Assembly (NCBI RefSeq): GCF_009914755.1
Contig: NC_060947.1
Direction: 5' to 3' (one strand)
DNA length: 64,000 nucleotides
DNA from: the human T2T-CHM13v2.0 reference genome, Homo sapiens
Below the pieces are notes generated by a model. It was not told the origin of the DNA and ran no database searches. It worked only from the letters and a program-made list of their open reading frames with translations. A program made the translations under genes and the position numbers. Shown piece by piece: positions 63,101-64,000 of the stretch. Each line of letters opens with the position of its first letter. Position 1 is the first letter of the stretch.

Positions 63101-64000
63101 TATCAGCAGGGTGGGTGTGCTCAACCTCAGTTCCCTGGGAGGAGTGCTCAAGGAGACAGGCTGGGTGATCCCTAGACCCCTGGACTGCATACTCTGGCAT
63201 GAGGGGGTGAAGCTGGACTAAATGGGCATGTTCTAGGGCCTCACAGTGGTGCATACTGACATTGGTTGTGGTAGGTAGGGACAGAGTAATCCTTAGGCCA
63301 CAAGTAGAATGCTAAAGAGAGGCAGCAGCTGCACTGAAGCCTTGTCACTGGGAAGGGTGGGGTTGCTTTCAGTGGCAGCTGCCATATGCAGGTGTATGGG
63401 GAGCATGCTCTTTGCTCACACTTTGTCTCCCACAATGTCAGTCAACACTTCACTCAAAATTCATCTTCAACATGCAGCAACTGAAGCTACACTTAAGGAA
63501 TTCTGCCACTGCATGGTGGCTTCTCTCCTGGAGGCAGTGGAGTCACTGCCTGTTGCCCATGTTTTGGCCCTGCTGATAGCCGTCAGCCAGTGTGGTGTTT
63601 GTGGGTAGGGGATGTCAGTGAAGCTCCAGGGATGTGGAGATGAAGGTACTGTTGAGACCAATGGCCATATCTAGTCTTGGGATCTGGGATCTCAAAATGG
63701 CACCTTGCAATAGTTGCCTAGAACTTGGAGCAGCAAGGAGGTCGGATACAGCACAAGTTCCCTCTTTGGGCAGTGTCATCATGTGGTCTTCAGGCAGCTC
63801 CCTGTTAGTTGCAGGGTCTGCATGGGTCAAGAGGCTCTTCCATGTTTAAGATTGCAGGAGTCCACGGTAGAAAGGTGGACTGCTGGGGATCCCTCACTTA
63901 CCATTTACCCACATTTGGGAGTCTCACCAGTCTCCAGGCAGAACCCAGCTGAGGAGGCTGCCTTTCTTCCCTCTCTTTCTGTGCTTTAGGTATTTCCTGT
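57185..64000 (-). mobile_element. Near full-length L1MA3/4-like element, sense to HDX, running off the window end
   Basis: Antisense L1MA 3' end (tgtgtaatgatcaagtcaggg). EN remnants in ORFs 60878..61129(-) (GDFNTPLS) and 61139..61345(-). 5'UTR-like sequence from ~62560. Confidence 0.88.

Overview
AT-rich primate genomic DNA, most likely human, since it carries an AluYa5-lineage element. The window lies inside the HDX (highly divergent homeobox) gene, which runs on the minus strand. Four consecutive internal coding exons can be read directly: 27962-27816, 10812-10605, 3233-3154 and 195-112. All have canonical AG/GT sites and matching phases. Spliced, they encode LQDRTQFSDRDLATLKKYWDNGMTSLGSVCREKIEAVATELNVDCEIVR|TWIGNRRRKYRLMGIEVPPPRGG...SEGSSQ|EEPNEVVPNDARAHKEEDHHAVTTDNV|KIEIIDDEESDMISNSEVEQVNSFLDYK, an atypical homeodomain followed by an acidic region. 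The rest is intron dominated by transposon fossils (L1PA/PB/MA/MB/MD, Alu/FAM monomers, MaLR and ERVL LTRs, MER DNA elements, MIR, L2) and microsatellites. From about 39.7 kb to the end it is an almost unbroken array of L1s. Nearly all ORF-track entries are repeat-derived or spurious. I found no evidence for a new multi-gene system. The most unusual structures are a ~230-bp palindrome with head-to-head telomere-like repeats (15803-16036), a perfect 15-bp inverted repeat in unique sequence (30582-30621), tandem in-frame splice acceptors on two HDX exons, and several retrotransposition or repair scars. Repeat subfamily names come from recalled consensus motifs and are approximate.
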